From the NCBI GenBank assembly GCA_964619725.1, contig CAZUFC010000010.1:6277-70276 (forward strand): DNA of 64,000 nucleotides. The letters are read 5' to 3'. This document shows, piece by piece, positions 1 through 9,103 of this stretch. Numbering within the stretch: position 1 is the first letter of the stretch; every line of letters begins with the position of its first letter. The stretch is from an uncultured bacterium. GTDB lineage: Bacteria > CSSED10-310 > CAZUFC01. The position numbers and the translations under genes were made by a program. The notes beneath the pieces are model-generated. The model had not been told where the DNA came from. It did no database searches and saw only the letters and a program-made list of their open reading frames with translations.

Positions 1-216
1 GCCGGCCGGCTTACCTTTCAGCTTCTTCTCCACAGTCTTGATCTTGTTGAATAACTTCCGAAGCTGCGTTATCTTCAATTGCCGCCCTATGTCGTCCGCT
101 ACAACGTCCGCCGCTCCCTTCTCCGGAGCAAAATCAAGCGGTTCGAATTCGCTTAACTGGCGAAATCCCCTGATATGATCCATAACATCGGAAATATTAT
201 TGTATCTTTTACCCAT
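1..216 (-). CDS. csm2: Type III-A CRISPR small subunit Csm2 (Cas11), 3' end off the window edge
   Basis: Not in the ORF track. ATG at 216 preceded by GAAAGGAG; reads MGKRYNNISDVMDHIRGF...LKITQLRKLFNKIKTVEKK. TQLRKxF is the Csm2 signature; lies directly downstream of cas10. Confidence 0.8.
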   Translation of the reverse strand, partial: MGKRYNNISDVMDHIRGFRQLSEFEPLDFAPEKGAADVVADDIGRQLKITQLRKLFNKIKTVEKKLKGKPAG

Positions 217-238
217 GAAACGCTCCTTTCTTACAAAA

Positions 239-3088
239 CTATACGCGACGAGTCCGCATAAGCGCTAAATTGCAAGGAACCGTCATATATTTTTGCCGGC
301 CTATGCTGTTTTTTCCCGTAACAAGATTTTCCAGCAGTTCATTGCGAACCGACAGGTCTCCTACGTTACGCCTTATCCTGTAAATAATCGCCGGAATAAT
401 CCTGGGGCTGTAGTCTTCCCCTCCAGGCAGCGCGTGCACTCTGGTCAGGCGCAGAAGCTGATGCGCCAGGTTCCTGGGCATCTTTCCATCATCGATGAAT
501 TCCTTCATTTTTTCCCCGAATTCCATCAGCTCTTTCAAACCCGGAACATCATCGTATTCCTTCCACCGCACCACCCGGTCAAGAATAGCGACCCTGTTTC
601 TTCCGGCGCTTTTGGCCCGGTCCAGGAGTTCGCCCGTTTCATGAGCGAACCGTTTGACGGGGTACTTGGGCTTACAGAATGATATACCGGCAGAAATGGT
701 CCAGTCGGGATTCTGCGCGGTGAACTGAGTAAACTTTCGATGTATTTCATACGCCAGTCCGGGAATCTCCGAAGCCGGTCCGATAATGAACAGATCGTCG
801 CCGCCGGAATAAGCCACGTAAAATATCGACCCCCTGATGCCGTTTATAAGACTGTAACGACTGTCGTCTGAACTGATGCCGTCACGGTATTTCTCCGATA
901 AATCCAGGCAGATATTATCGACGATGGCCCCGAAAAACAGCTCCAGCATGCGGCTCATCGTGCTGAGTCGCGATATGCTCTTGTCGCTCTTCTGATGAGG
1001 GTTCTCCCGGTCGAGCCCCAGAGAAAAAGCGAGTCCCAGAAGGTCCACGTCCATGCGCAGAATGCCCAGCAGTTTATCCCCCTCGCTCAAATCAGCAATA
1101 CGACTGAAATCAACCACATCGCCGGGCTTCAATTTTTCCTTGCCTGCAGTTTTATCTTCCGGCATCTCTTCGGTCGCTGCAGGAACAACATGCGACAGAA
1201 ATCCGTATCGCGCTGCGATCCGTTTTTCACCGGTACCGCCGAGCAGCTTCAGGTATCGCGCCGGATCGTTCATCAGACGCGCTTCCAATTTTTGGATATC
1301 CCCTTCTTTCCATTTTTCTAGCAGCAACGCTTTAGCTTCATCAATGCCGGCGGCTTCACTTTGCTGATTTCCAGGCATCAACCAGAGTTTCTCATTTATT
1401 GGCAAAGATTGAGGATAGGGGAATGATTCTTTTTCTTCCACAGAAGAGACTGGAGCAGCTTTATTGTTACGCTTGCCGTACCTTACATGAACCAGGATAT
1501 CAGACTTGACCAGCAAACCGCCCATTTGCTTCTGCTTGAAACACTCATCGCATATTCCGGCATCATCCGGGTCCTCTCGCGGCCTACTGGAAGCGGTATG
1601 CAGTCCGCAGGATGAACAAGGCTTCAACCTGGCCCGTCCCGGATCATCCCTATCATCATCTTCTCCGTAAATGCTCCTGTTGAATTTCTGAGTAAAATCA
1701 CGCCAATCAGAGTCGCCGTCAGTCATGGCTCTTATGAATTTCTGTGATTTTGCAACGTTTATTTCTTTGTTCAACCTGTCCAGACAGTCATTATAATTAA
1801 CCAGTTCCCTCGGCGACAGGTCAATGTATGCCGTCGTCAATCCCAGTTCACCGTAATAAGCCTCTTTGAATCCCTTTTCCACCTTCTCTATGATCCCATC
1901 CAGCATTCCAGGCTCTTTCTCGACATTAGGCGCAAGAACATAAAAACGGCCGCCCGAACAATAAAGCAGGTTCACGGGACTCAGACTCAATCCTTCAATA
2001 ATGCGATGCGCCAGCCGGTCGAGAAGCGCGCTGACGTAAAAAGAACGTCCCCGCAGTCTTTTAGCGACTCCTTTCACTGAAGCCGGCTGGGCTATCCCGT
2101 AAATGTATTTCTGTATTCCGTTCATGTCCCCGCCGATAAGCCGGAATCTCTTTTCATCAAGCTGAGTCCATTGTTGATCCTTTATTTTATCCTGATCTGT
2201 TCCGTAATGGTAAAGACCTGCCCGCAGATCATCCCTGTATTCGGCATTTTCAAGCAGTTCATTATGACTTCGTAAACAAAGCGCAATGGCGGCCGTTGTT
2301 TTCATATGATCGTACAGCGAAACGTCTCCCCGGTAAGGTATCCTGAGACTCTTTATCCAAGGCAGATAAAAGCAGGTGGAAGATGGAACGGCCCACAGCA
2401 TGCGATGAAGAAAATCCAGCAAGGAACCGATGTCGTCTTCTTTCGTAAAACATCTGATCTGCTCGTCTAATTCCTTATAAAGCTCAATATAATTATCCCG
2501 CTGATTCTCCGACGTATCACGAGTTAAAGTCATCTCGTCTTCAGAAACCGGCGATGAGGACTCTTTATTGAGCTCCCTCTTCTCCAGTTTGAAGGGAAAA
2601 TGATGTTCACTTTTTTCTATCAGTTCCTCCAATGAAGCGCTGTCATGATAAGCATAATTTTTAACTGATTCATCCGTGTCGCCGCTTTCCGACTGGAGTT
2701 TCATCAAAGGAAACACGCTGTAAAATGGCGTTTTGGTACCCCAGTGATCGGGCTTCAATTCCTCCTTCTCGCCCTCCTCTTCCACATCAAAATGACGCCG
2801 TTCGCCGGAGGAAAGTCTGTCGGCCAGGCGAATCAAATCTGCGAGTTCATTACCCGGGTCGCTCTTGCGGATTCTGAATTCGCCCCGATGATGGTGACTG
2901 GCGGCAACGTATCGCACCCGCTCAGGCTGCTCAAACAGTTCGGGATGAGCGTCGATAAAATCGGCTGAAAGTTTCTCATGACGCCCGCCTTTGCGGACCG
3001 CCCTCCACACGAGTTTCCCGATATCATGAAAAAGGGCCGCCTTAATGAAATCTTTATCGCTTATGAATTTTTCATTCAACGTTAACAT
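239..3088 (-). CDS. cas10: Cas10/Csm1 large subunit, type III-A
   Basis: N-terminal HD motif (ALFHDIGK), DVSLYDH, Palm1 GDMNGIQKYIY, Zn-ribbon CSSC...CDEC, RMDVDLLG and intact Palm2 YSGGDDLF. Confidence 0.96.
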   Translation of the reverse strand: MLTLNEKFISDKDFIKAALFHDIGKLVWRAVRKGGRHEKLSADFIDAHPELFEQPERVRYVAASHHHRGEFRIRKSDPGNELADLIRLADRLSSGERRHFDVEEEGEKEELKPDHWGTKTPFYSVFPLMKLQSESGDTDESVKNYAYHDSASLEELIEKSEHHFPFKLEKRELNKESSSPVSEDEMTLTRDTSENQRDNYIELYKELDEQIRCFTKEDDIGSLLDFLHRMLWAVPSSTCFYLPWIKSLRIPYRGDVSLYDHMKTTAAIALCLRSHNELLENAEYRDDLRAGLYHYGTDQDKIKDQQWTQLDEKRFRLIGGDMNGIQKYIYGIAQPASVKGVAKRLRGRSFYVSALLDRLAHRIIEGLSLSPVNLLYCSGGRFYVLAPNVEKEPGMLDGIIEKVEKGFKEAYYGELGLTTAYIDLSPRELVNYNDCLDRLNKEINVAKSQKFIRAMTDGDSDWRDFTQKFNRSIYGEDDDRDDPGRARLKPCSSCGLHTASSRPREDPDDAGICDECFKQKQMGGLLVKSDILVHVRYGKRNNKAAPVSSVEEKESFPYPQSLPINEKLWLMPGNQQSEAAGIDEAKALLLEKWKEGDIQKLEARLMNDPARYLKLLGGTGEKRIAARYGFLSHVVPAATEEMPEDKTAGKEKLKPGDVVDFSRIADLSEGDKLLGILRMDVDLLGLAFSLGLDRENPHQKSDKSISRLSTMSRMLELFFGAIVDNICLDLSEKYRDGISSDDSRYSLINGIRGSIFYVAYSGGDDLFIIGPASEIPGLAYEIHRKFTQFTAQNPDWTISAGISFCKPKYPVKRFAHETGELLDRAKSAGRNRVAILDRVVRWKEYDDVPGLKELMEFGEKMKEFIDDGKMPRNLAHQLLRLTRVHALPGGEDYSPRIIPAIIYRIRRNVGDLSVRNELLENLVTGKNSIGRQKYMTVPCNLALMRTRRV

Positions 3089-4121
3089 TCTCCTGCGAGG
3101 AAATCGTTTTTAATATCCGTAACCTATATTTTCCCATGCCGAAAGAAGCGTTCTTGCCCAGGTGCACGGCCTGGCCCAGCTTCAAGTAAGGAATCAATGC
3201 CGCATGCACGTTCCTGTATCCTATACGGCCTATCGACCCGGAAAACCGTATCTCCCTGTTCTGACGACTCGAATATCGCCAGAATATTCGCCGCCTGGTC
3301 TTATCGTATGCAATCGCAGACGACTCAGCCAGCCGGAACAACTCCCGGTAGGGACTCTCTATCTCCCTGTTGCAATGAAAACGGGACATCAATGAAAGTC
3401 GTCGAAGCAAAGGTCGAATCAGCACATCAAGCGACGGCGCACCGTAATTCCGGTAAAACTTCGATTTCAACTGCAAAGGCGTAAGAAATTCCAGTTCCGT
3501 ACAATGCGAATCCGCATCGTAATCCTCATGACCGTTCAAAGCCCATCGCCCGTCAGATACAGGCGCCAAACCCAGGTCCGCATAACCCCCCTCTTCCGTA
3601 TATAAATCGATTTCTCTGCCCTCCTCGTCAACGGCAGAACCACGCAATATCCGAAACCGTCCCCGAACAGGTCCCAATCCAGAACGACCCAGACGCTCGA
3701 ATGCAATCAGTACATAAGGCAAACTCCGCAAACCATGGCCGAAAAGCGCTATGCCGAAGGTAAAACGAGACCCCGCCGCAATATGAGGCGTCGAAGAGGA
3801 CAAAGATTCAATGATAAAAGGAGGAGGAAGATCACGGGCTCGTTTAATCGCCGAACCGGAATCAGGCTGAGGCGAACGAAATGCCGAAGCATACACGCAG
3901 TTTGTCCGTAAAATACATTCGGAACACTCCGTATCACCATGAATACAGACCAAACCCCGTATCTTATAACCCAATCCGCCCCGAATAACAGGACCTGCAA
4001 ATGTAGGCAAATCAATAGCCTCCTCTGCCAATGCATAAAACTTCAAACGCATATAACGAAATGAACCAAATCCAGCCGCCGTCTCTTCACTCATCTTTAA
4101 CTTGCTCATCAATGTCCCCAA
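3072..4121 (-). CDS. cas6: Cas6 crRNA-processing endoribonuclease (RAMP); ATG at 4109 is a likely alternative start
   Basis: C-terminal G-rich loop GQAVHLGKNASFGMGKY, N-terminal Cys cluster (C..CSEC....C), EFLTPL motif; overlaps the cas10 start. Confidence 0.9.
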   Translation of the reverse strand: MGTLMSKLKMSEETAAGFGSFRYMRLKFYALAEEAIDLPTFAGPVIRGGLGYKIRGLVCIHGDTECSECILRTNCVYASAFRSPQPDSGSAIKRARDLPPPFIIESLSSSTPHIAAGSRFTFGIALFGHGLRSLPYVLIAFERLGRSGLGPVRGRFRILRGSAVDEEGREIDLYTEEGGYADLGLAPVSDGRWALNGHEDYDADSHCTELEFLTPLQLKSKFYRNYGAPSLDVLIRPLLRRLSLMSRFHCNREIESPYRELFRLAESSAIAYDKTRRRIFWRYSSRQNREIRFSGSIGRIGYRNVHAALIPYLKLGQAVHLGKNASFGMGKYRLRILKTISSQENVNVE

Positions 4122-4172
4122 AGAATAAGAAATTTAACTCCGCCAATCATCTTTCGACCTTATTTCCCGTTT

Positions 4173-4201
4173 CTTATACCAAAAAAGATTGGGCATCTCA
4201 A
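4173..4201 (-). promoter_or_regulatory. Putative sigma70 promoter of the cas operon
   Basis: Minus strand TTGAGA-N17-TATAAG with extended -10 TG, ~60 bp upstream of cas6. Confidence 0.5.
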
Positions 4202-4332
4202 GGAAAAAATGTAATTGTTGGATTTTTGGATTGAAATTTCTCCCCTTTTCAATTTCTCACCGACCCCGAAGAATAATTTTATTCCAAAAGTGTCTTGTCC
4301 CCTTTCCAGCGGGGTATACACGTACTTCAGTT

Positions 4333-4743
4333 TTAATGCGAAATTGGATCAAAAATCTCGTTCGTCGTAATCTCCTTTCCCGGAGTTATTGCTTCCCACT
4401 CTCCATCAAGGCTACCTTTTATAGTAAAGTTTCCTTCACTAATTTTGTTGGAGTAGTAATATTCTTCACTGATTGAAATTTCATGACGCTCCCAAGTCAA
4501 GGAATAGTTATATTCAATCTGGACTTCTATCAGATTTAAGGCGAGAATTATCAGAAAAATCCACCCAACAATACGTTCGATCAAAAAGAATATTGACTTT
4601 TTTCTTGAAACTTCTTCCGAAGCGTCAATGGACGTATGAGCTCGATTCTTAGCAAATGACTCTTTAAAAACTAATTCTTTTGCAGAATTAAATTTTTCAT
4701 TCTTCTTTTCCTTCCTTCTCTTCAAACAAACAGTATCTTTCAT
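4333..4743 (-). CDS. AT-rich hypothetical single-TM protein, possibly a truncated remnant
   Basis: 136-aa ORF with one hydrophobic segment (IVGWIFLIILALNLI), in a visibly AT-rich patch; no recognised domain. Confidence 0.4.
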   Translation of the reverse strand: MKDTVCLKRRKEKKNEKFNSAKELVFKESFAKNRAHTSIDASEEVSRKKSIFFLIERIVGWIFLIILALNLIEVQIEYNYSLTWERHEISISEEYYYSNKISEGNFTIKGSLDGEWEAITPGKEITTNEIFDPISH

Positions 4744-5144
4744 AAACTTCCCTTTTCTTTAAATGATATTTATGAATTTGTTTTTGATTATCTTAAAGGA
4801 AGGCTTTATACAAAACTTTTTTTGATTAAATTTTGCATTTAAACTGCCTTCACAAGAAGGTTATCGCTTCTTCCTTTCCCTGAACCAAAAGCAACTTTCA
4901 ATTGTTTTTTTTCATCTCATAGGCACCACCCTTTCAACATAACTAATCCACCATTAGCATCACCCTTGATAATTATAAATCGGACCATCAAAAAAGTCAA
5001 AATTTTTTTGGTTTTGGTGATTTATTCTGGCATAACCTTGGATTGGTCTGATATGAAATAAACTTTGTTTCATCAATTAGCGGACATCAGTTGATTTCTT
5101 GAAATTTTATTCAATGGTGAATTATATAGTGAATAGAAATTTTC

Positions 5145-5390
5145 GGGACTGATCAAACAGGGATTACAAATTGTGATCTCGATACTCAACAAGAACTATC
5201 GTGCTCAGCGGAGCGGCGCTCGCGCTCGTAATCGTAATCGATCGATTCAAATGATTGCCCAACTTTGCTTTCAAACGGCTGTACAGATCATACCGATGGT
5301 TCGATTACGATTACCGCTGCACTGAGCACAAGCACGAAGGAATCAAACTGAGAAATTGTAAACCTGACATGGCAGTTTCTGATCAGCGCC
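5145..5390 (+). mobile_element. 246-bp MITE, family A1 copy 1 (IS1595-like termini)
   Basis: Ends GGGACTGATCAAA...TCTGATCAGCGCC; internal inverted GTAATCGTAATCGA/TCGATTACGATTAC; 5 mismatches versus the copy at 6097-6342. Confidence 0.8.
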
Positions 5391-5513
5391 GGATTATAAC
5401 CTGCCGGCATAAATGATCCTGAAGGATTTTTCTACCTCCAAAATATTTCATTGCAAGAAGGACTTATCGAAAATAAACCGGATGCGATATATCAATGCGC
5501 CACGATCCTCTTT

Positions 5514-5927
5514 AGCGCCGAAGGCGCGGTATGTGAAAGCCTGGGGTTAAGCGAAGCGCAACCCCAGGTCAGCAACCGCAAAATAAAAAGCTCTGAAAGA
5601 GCGAAATCATGCCCCGTTTCTTATACCCTCGCCGATCAAACAAAACAAAACGCCGGTTTTTCCAATGGAGTTCAAATCCAATATGACTGCAATAACGAAT
5701 CAGGGTTGTCCCCGGACAACGGCAATGTCGTCTGTTTTTCCTATTTCCGTTGACGGATTTCTGTAAAATCGTCATCAATCGAAACGGATCAAAAATTTTG
5801 AATGCTTTGCCGTTTGGACGGGGCCTCATTACGCTCTTTCAGAGCTCTCCATTCTGTCCATTCCACCTGGGGTTGCGCTCGCAGGCTCGCTTAACCCCAG
5901 GCTTTCACATTTCGCGCCTTCGGCGCT
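5514..5927. repeat. REP/REPIN-like element: ~90-bp inverted arms (5514-5603 / 5832-5927) around a ~230-bp core
   Basis: Each arm holds three hairpins: GCGCC-GAA-GGCGC, CCTGGGGTT..AACCCCAGG, GCTCT-GAA-AGAGC. Confidence 0.85.
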
Positions 5928-6096
5928 TAAGAAGGCACTTTTTTATGGGATGCAAATCGTCATGCCCCTCCGTCTTTGGATTGGCCCTTATCCAGTCAGG
6001 CCAACGACAGCTAAAATGTGAACTTTATGCAAGAGCCTTTATAAAAATGTGGGATAGGCCGATAAAGACAGAATAAGGCTAATTACCGGGATTATA

Positions 6097-6342
6097 GGGA
6101 CTGATCAAACAGGGATTACAAATTGTGATCTCGATACTCAACAAGAACTTTCGTGCTCAGCGGAGCGGCGCTCGCGCTCGTAATCGCAATCGATCGATTC
6201 AAATGATTGCCCAACTTTGCTTTCAAACGGCTGTACAGATCATACCGATGGTTCGATTACGATTACCGCAGCACTGAGCACAAGCACGAATGAATCAAAC
6301 TGAGAAATTGTAAACCTGACATGGCCGTTTCTGATCAGCGCC
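6097..6342 (+). mobile_element. 246-bp MITE, family A1 copy 2
   Basis: Direct repeat of 5145-5390 (241/246 identical by manual alignment). Confidence 0.8.
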
Positions 6343-6386
6343 ATTTTTTTAACACTGCGTCTGGGTATAAAAATTGCGCGGTTTTT

Positions 6387-6422
6387 AGCCCCCCCTAAAT
6401 CCCCCCGCGAGCGGGGGGACTT
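6387..6422. repeat. REP-like GC hairpin CCCCCCTAAATCCCCCCGC-GA-GCGGGGGGACTT (may also terminate the WYL gene)
   Basis: Stem 6400-6419; an isolated family-A MITE end (GGCGCTGATCAAAC) follows at 6441. Confidence 0.55.
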
Positions 6423-6467
6423 TATTTTCTTGAATTTTTCGGCGCTGATCAAACCGGGAATTGCCTT

Positions 6468-8755
6468 CTAAACGGTTATGGTTCCGCCCGGACGTCCATC
6501 CCAGAAATCTTCATCCTTCGATCCGGCATCATCTTTTTCCGAAGATTTTTCGATTCCTATTATCCTGTCCAGCCTGAACAGTCTCTCCGACATGCGTTCC
6601 CGGCACATGGCCCTGACGTAATCCACGCCTTTTCTTTTTTTTACGACATAGGGAGTGATCCTTCTTTTGGTGACCTGGTTTCTTCCGGCCGTATAATAGG
6701 TTATAGTCACGTCGAACCTGTCCTTGACGGCATTGTCTATGAGCCGTCTCACCTTTTCCTTGTTTTCCTTCGGTCCGTAATAGGTAAAGGCTGTCCAGCC
6801 GTCCAGTTCATCCTTTAACGCCTCCATAATCTGCCCGGAGCTGCGTATCGCCTGTTCTGCCTCCAGCCTCGACAACCTGGACTCCAGATCATAGATCGTC
6901 TCGATCTGGATACGCGGCGTAATTTTAATGATATCTGCAACTCACGGCAAACCAGCGCAGCGGTCAATAAACCGGACGGATCGGGCATAGCTGCATCCGG
7001 TTTTATTTTTTCTTCAGGCATGTCGAAACGGGGATGGAACCTCTGCTTCGCTGCCGCCATCCTGAAAGACTCTATCCGGTTTGAATCGAGCTCGCCGACC
7101 GTTCGAGAATACTGTTTGACGATGTATTTGCCCAGGACCCTGTTGTTTCTCAACCGCCGCATTGTTTTCGGATTATCGGTTTCAATGAGCGTCTTCAACG
7201 TTACTTTGAACTTACTGCCCGCCTTTACGCCGGCTCTGATCATGGCGGCGACGCGCCGGCTGACGGCTTTTTCCGTCGCCTCTTCAATGACAGCCGTAAT
7301 CTCGTTGAGGCTCATTCCGCGGGCCGCAGCTTCCGTCAGACTCTCCTTAGTCAGCTCGGTTCTTTCATTCCCCGTTCGTCCGTCCCGTTTTGTCCAGCGG
7401 GCTATGGAAACTGTTTTAACGAGATGCAAAGGAATCGATGACCGGGGGAATATTAAAGTATGCCCTTTGCCCATGCGGACCGGTTTATGTTTCGGCAGCG
7501 CCGGAGGTTTTTCATTTTTCCTGTCAAGGTACCAGCGTCCTGCCGTCGACAGCTTTATACCCAGAGTGCGATGCTCATCCCGCAATCGACCAAGTTTTAT
7601 CAATCCGCTCCAGAACAAAGGCCCCGTGATAAACCGGTGAACCTTGTGAAACACGCGGTAATTTTTCATCCACGTTTTGTTCCTCAAATCCAGCGACGCC
7701 TGGCGTAAAAAGCGCGGATAAGGCCGCCATCGCCGCGTCGGCAAACCTGACGCAAGTTCCAGCATACGCTTCTCTGCATAATACGGCCTGTCATAACGAA
7801 AAGGCTGCTTGAAAGCCCTTTCAGCCGCCTCCCTTCTTTTTATGGTCTCAGCCGTCTCAGGAACGTGAAATTCCCCGTCAGCAAGAGAGCTCCCCAGCCA
7901 GGAATCCATTATAAACGCATAACGGTCGAGCACAGGCATACTCAACCATTGATATCCCGTATTGGTGATGATCAACCGGCCGCATGCCGCGCCGATCAGT
8001 CCGGCATACTCCGCCAGATAATGAATAAACATCAGATATGCAAACTGCTTTTCAGAACGGACGGTTATCTCATCCCACATTATCCCCCGGCGCGAAAAAC
8101 CGGCCGAGGGCATCCCGTCAAGACGCGAAAGATATTCTCTGATAGACGCTGCCGTCATCCACCGGCCGCTCCTGACCTTGACCGGCCGGTGTGCGATACA
8201 GGCCATAAAAAGCGCGATATGATGCAGAAAGTCCCACGGTTTAATCTCTATTATGCCGGCTTCCTCCTGCTTCTGTACCGCCAGAAGCTTCTTTACAATC
8301 GAATAAACAGCATCAGGGACAAGCACCCATTCACGATACGGAAAATCCTCACGCGGATAATTGAATATCAGTCCCCGGAACCACAATTTTGCCGTAACGC
8401 TGAGACGCGGACTGCGCACATCCGCCTGTTCGGGAACCTCCAGATCGCGGGGTATCGAACCGAATTCCTTCTCGAAAAGTTCACGAAAAACACCGCCTCC
8501 CGAATCCGCCAGGAATTTAAGACAATCCTTCTCAGCTTGTTCCAGATCGTCAAGAACCGGCACGATGAAATCCTTCTCCTTCATACGGACGTAAAGAAAA
8601 TCAACGATCAGTTTCTTCCGCCACCGTGTCGATGGCGAAAATCCCTGTACGCGCATTACCTGGAAAAGTCGACGGTAAGTCGAACCGTTAAGGCATTCCT
8701 TGAGCCCCGGCAGAACAATTTTGTCAAGTTCTTCAATATGATCGTCCATAATCAT
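6468..8755 (-). pseudogene. Helicase-associated (XPB/Ssl2 N-terminal, Helicase_C_3-like) + WYL-domain protein, split by a one-base frameshift near 6910-6945
   Basis: ORF 6815-8755 has ELTKESLTEAAARGMSLNEITAVIEEAT (XPB-N pattern). ORF 6468-6875 has the WYL signature ITYY..RRITP..YVRAMCRER..RLFRLDRI. The WYL frame is open upstream to ~6942 (..TPRIQIETIYDLESRLSRLE..) and has only a TTG start. Confidence 0.7.
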
Positions 8756-8788
8756 GTTTCTCCATGAAAAAGATTTTGTCTGACCTCA

Positions 8789-8818
8789 AGTATACAAAAA
8801 AAGAACATAACCCGGCAA
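8789..8818 (-). promoter_or_regulatory. Putative sigma70 promoter of the helicase-associated/WYL gene
   Basis: Minus strand TTGCCG-N18-TATACT ~35 bp upstream of the ATG at 8755 (RBS GGAG). Confidence 0.4.
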
Positions 8819-8869
8819 CAGAAATAAAAATTTCTCCAAAACCGGCGTAATTCGAAATTCACTGTCATT

Positions 8870-9103
8870 CCTCGCTAATGATTAAATACCATTATTTTAA
8901 AATGATTTTTACGCCGGAGCCGCCATAAAAAAGACCGATTTTTCGCGCGCTCAGATAGCTTTTCCGGACTCATTCGCGTAAATTGCCGCGAAATCGGCCA
9001 TACACACGGAATTTTTGGCCGAAGCATAGTGAAAACGATAAAAAACACCCAACCCACAGAAAAATCATTGACAAAATAAAAATCAACCTGTATACAATCT
9101 CTT
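8870..9103 (+). promoter_or_regulatory. CRISPR leader with sigma70-like promoter
   Basis: Non-coding stretch with A/T runs; TTGACA (9068-9073)-N17-TATACA (alternative -10 TACAAT at 9093) just before repeat 1. Confidence 0.65.

Noticed and set aside
4166-4180. 15-bp match CCCGTTTCTTATACC also at ~5613
   Set aside because: Single short match with no extension; may be chance.
5451-6452. Short ORFs at 5451, 5569, 5750 and 6240
   Set aside because: They lie in REP/MITE repeats and show no recognisable domain.
7020-8767. Long + strand ORFs (206 and 300 aa)
   Set aside because: Antisense shadows of the helicase-associated gene; the same applies to 12930-13634 and 14289-15080 opposite the xdh gene.
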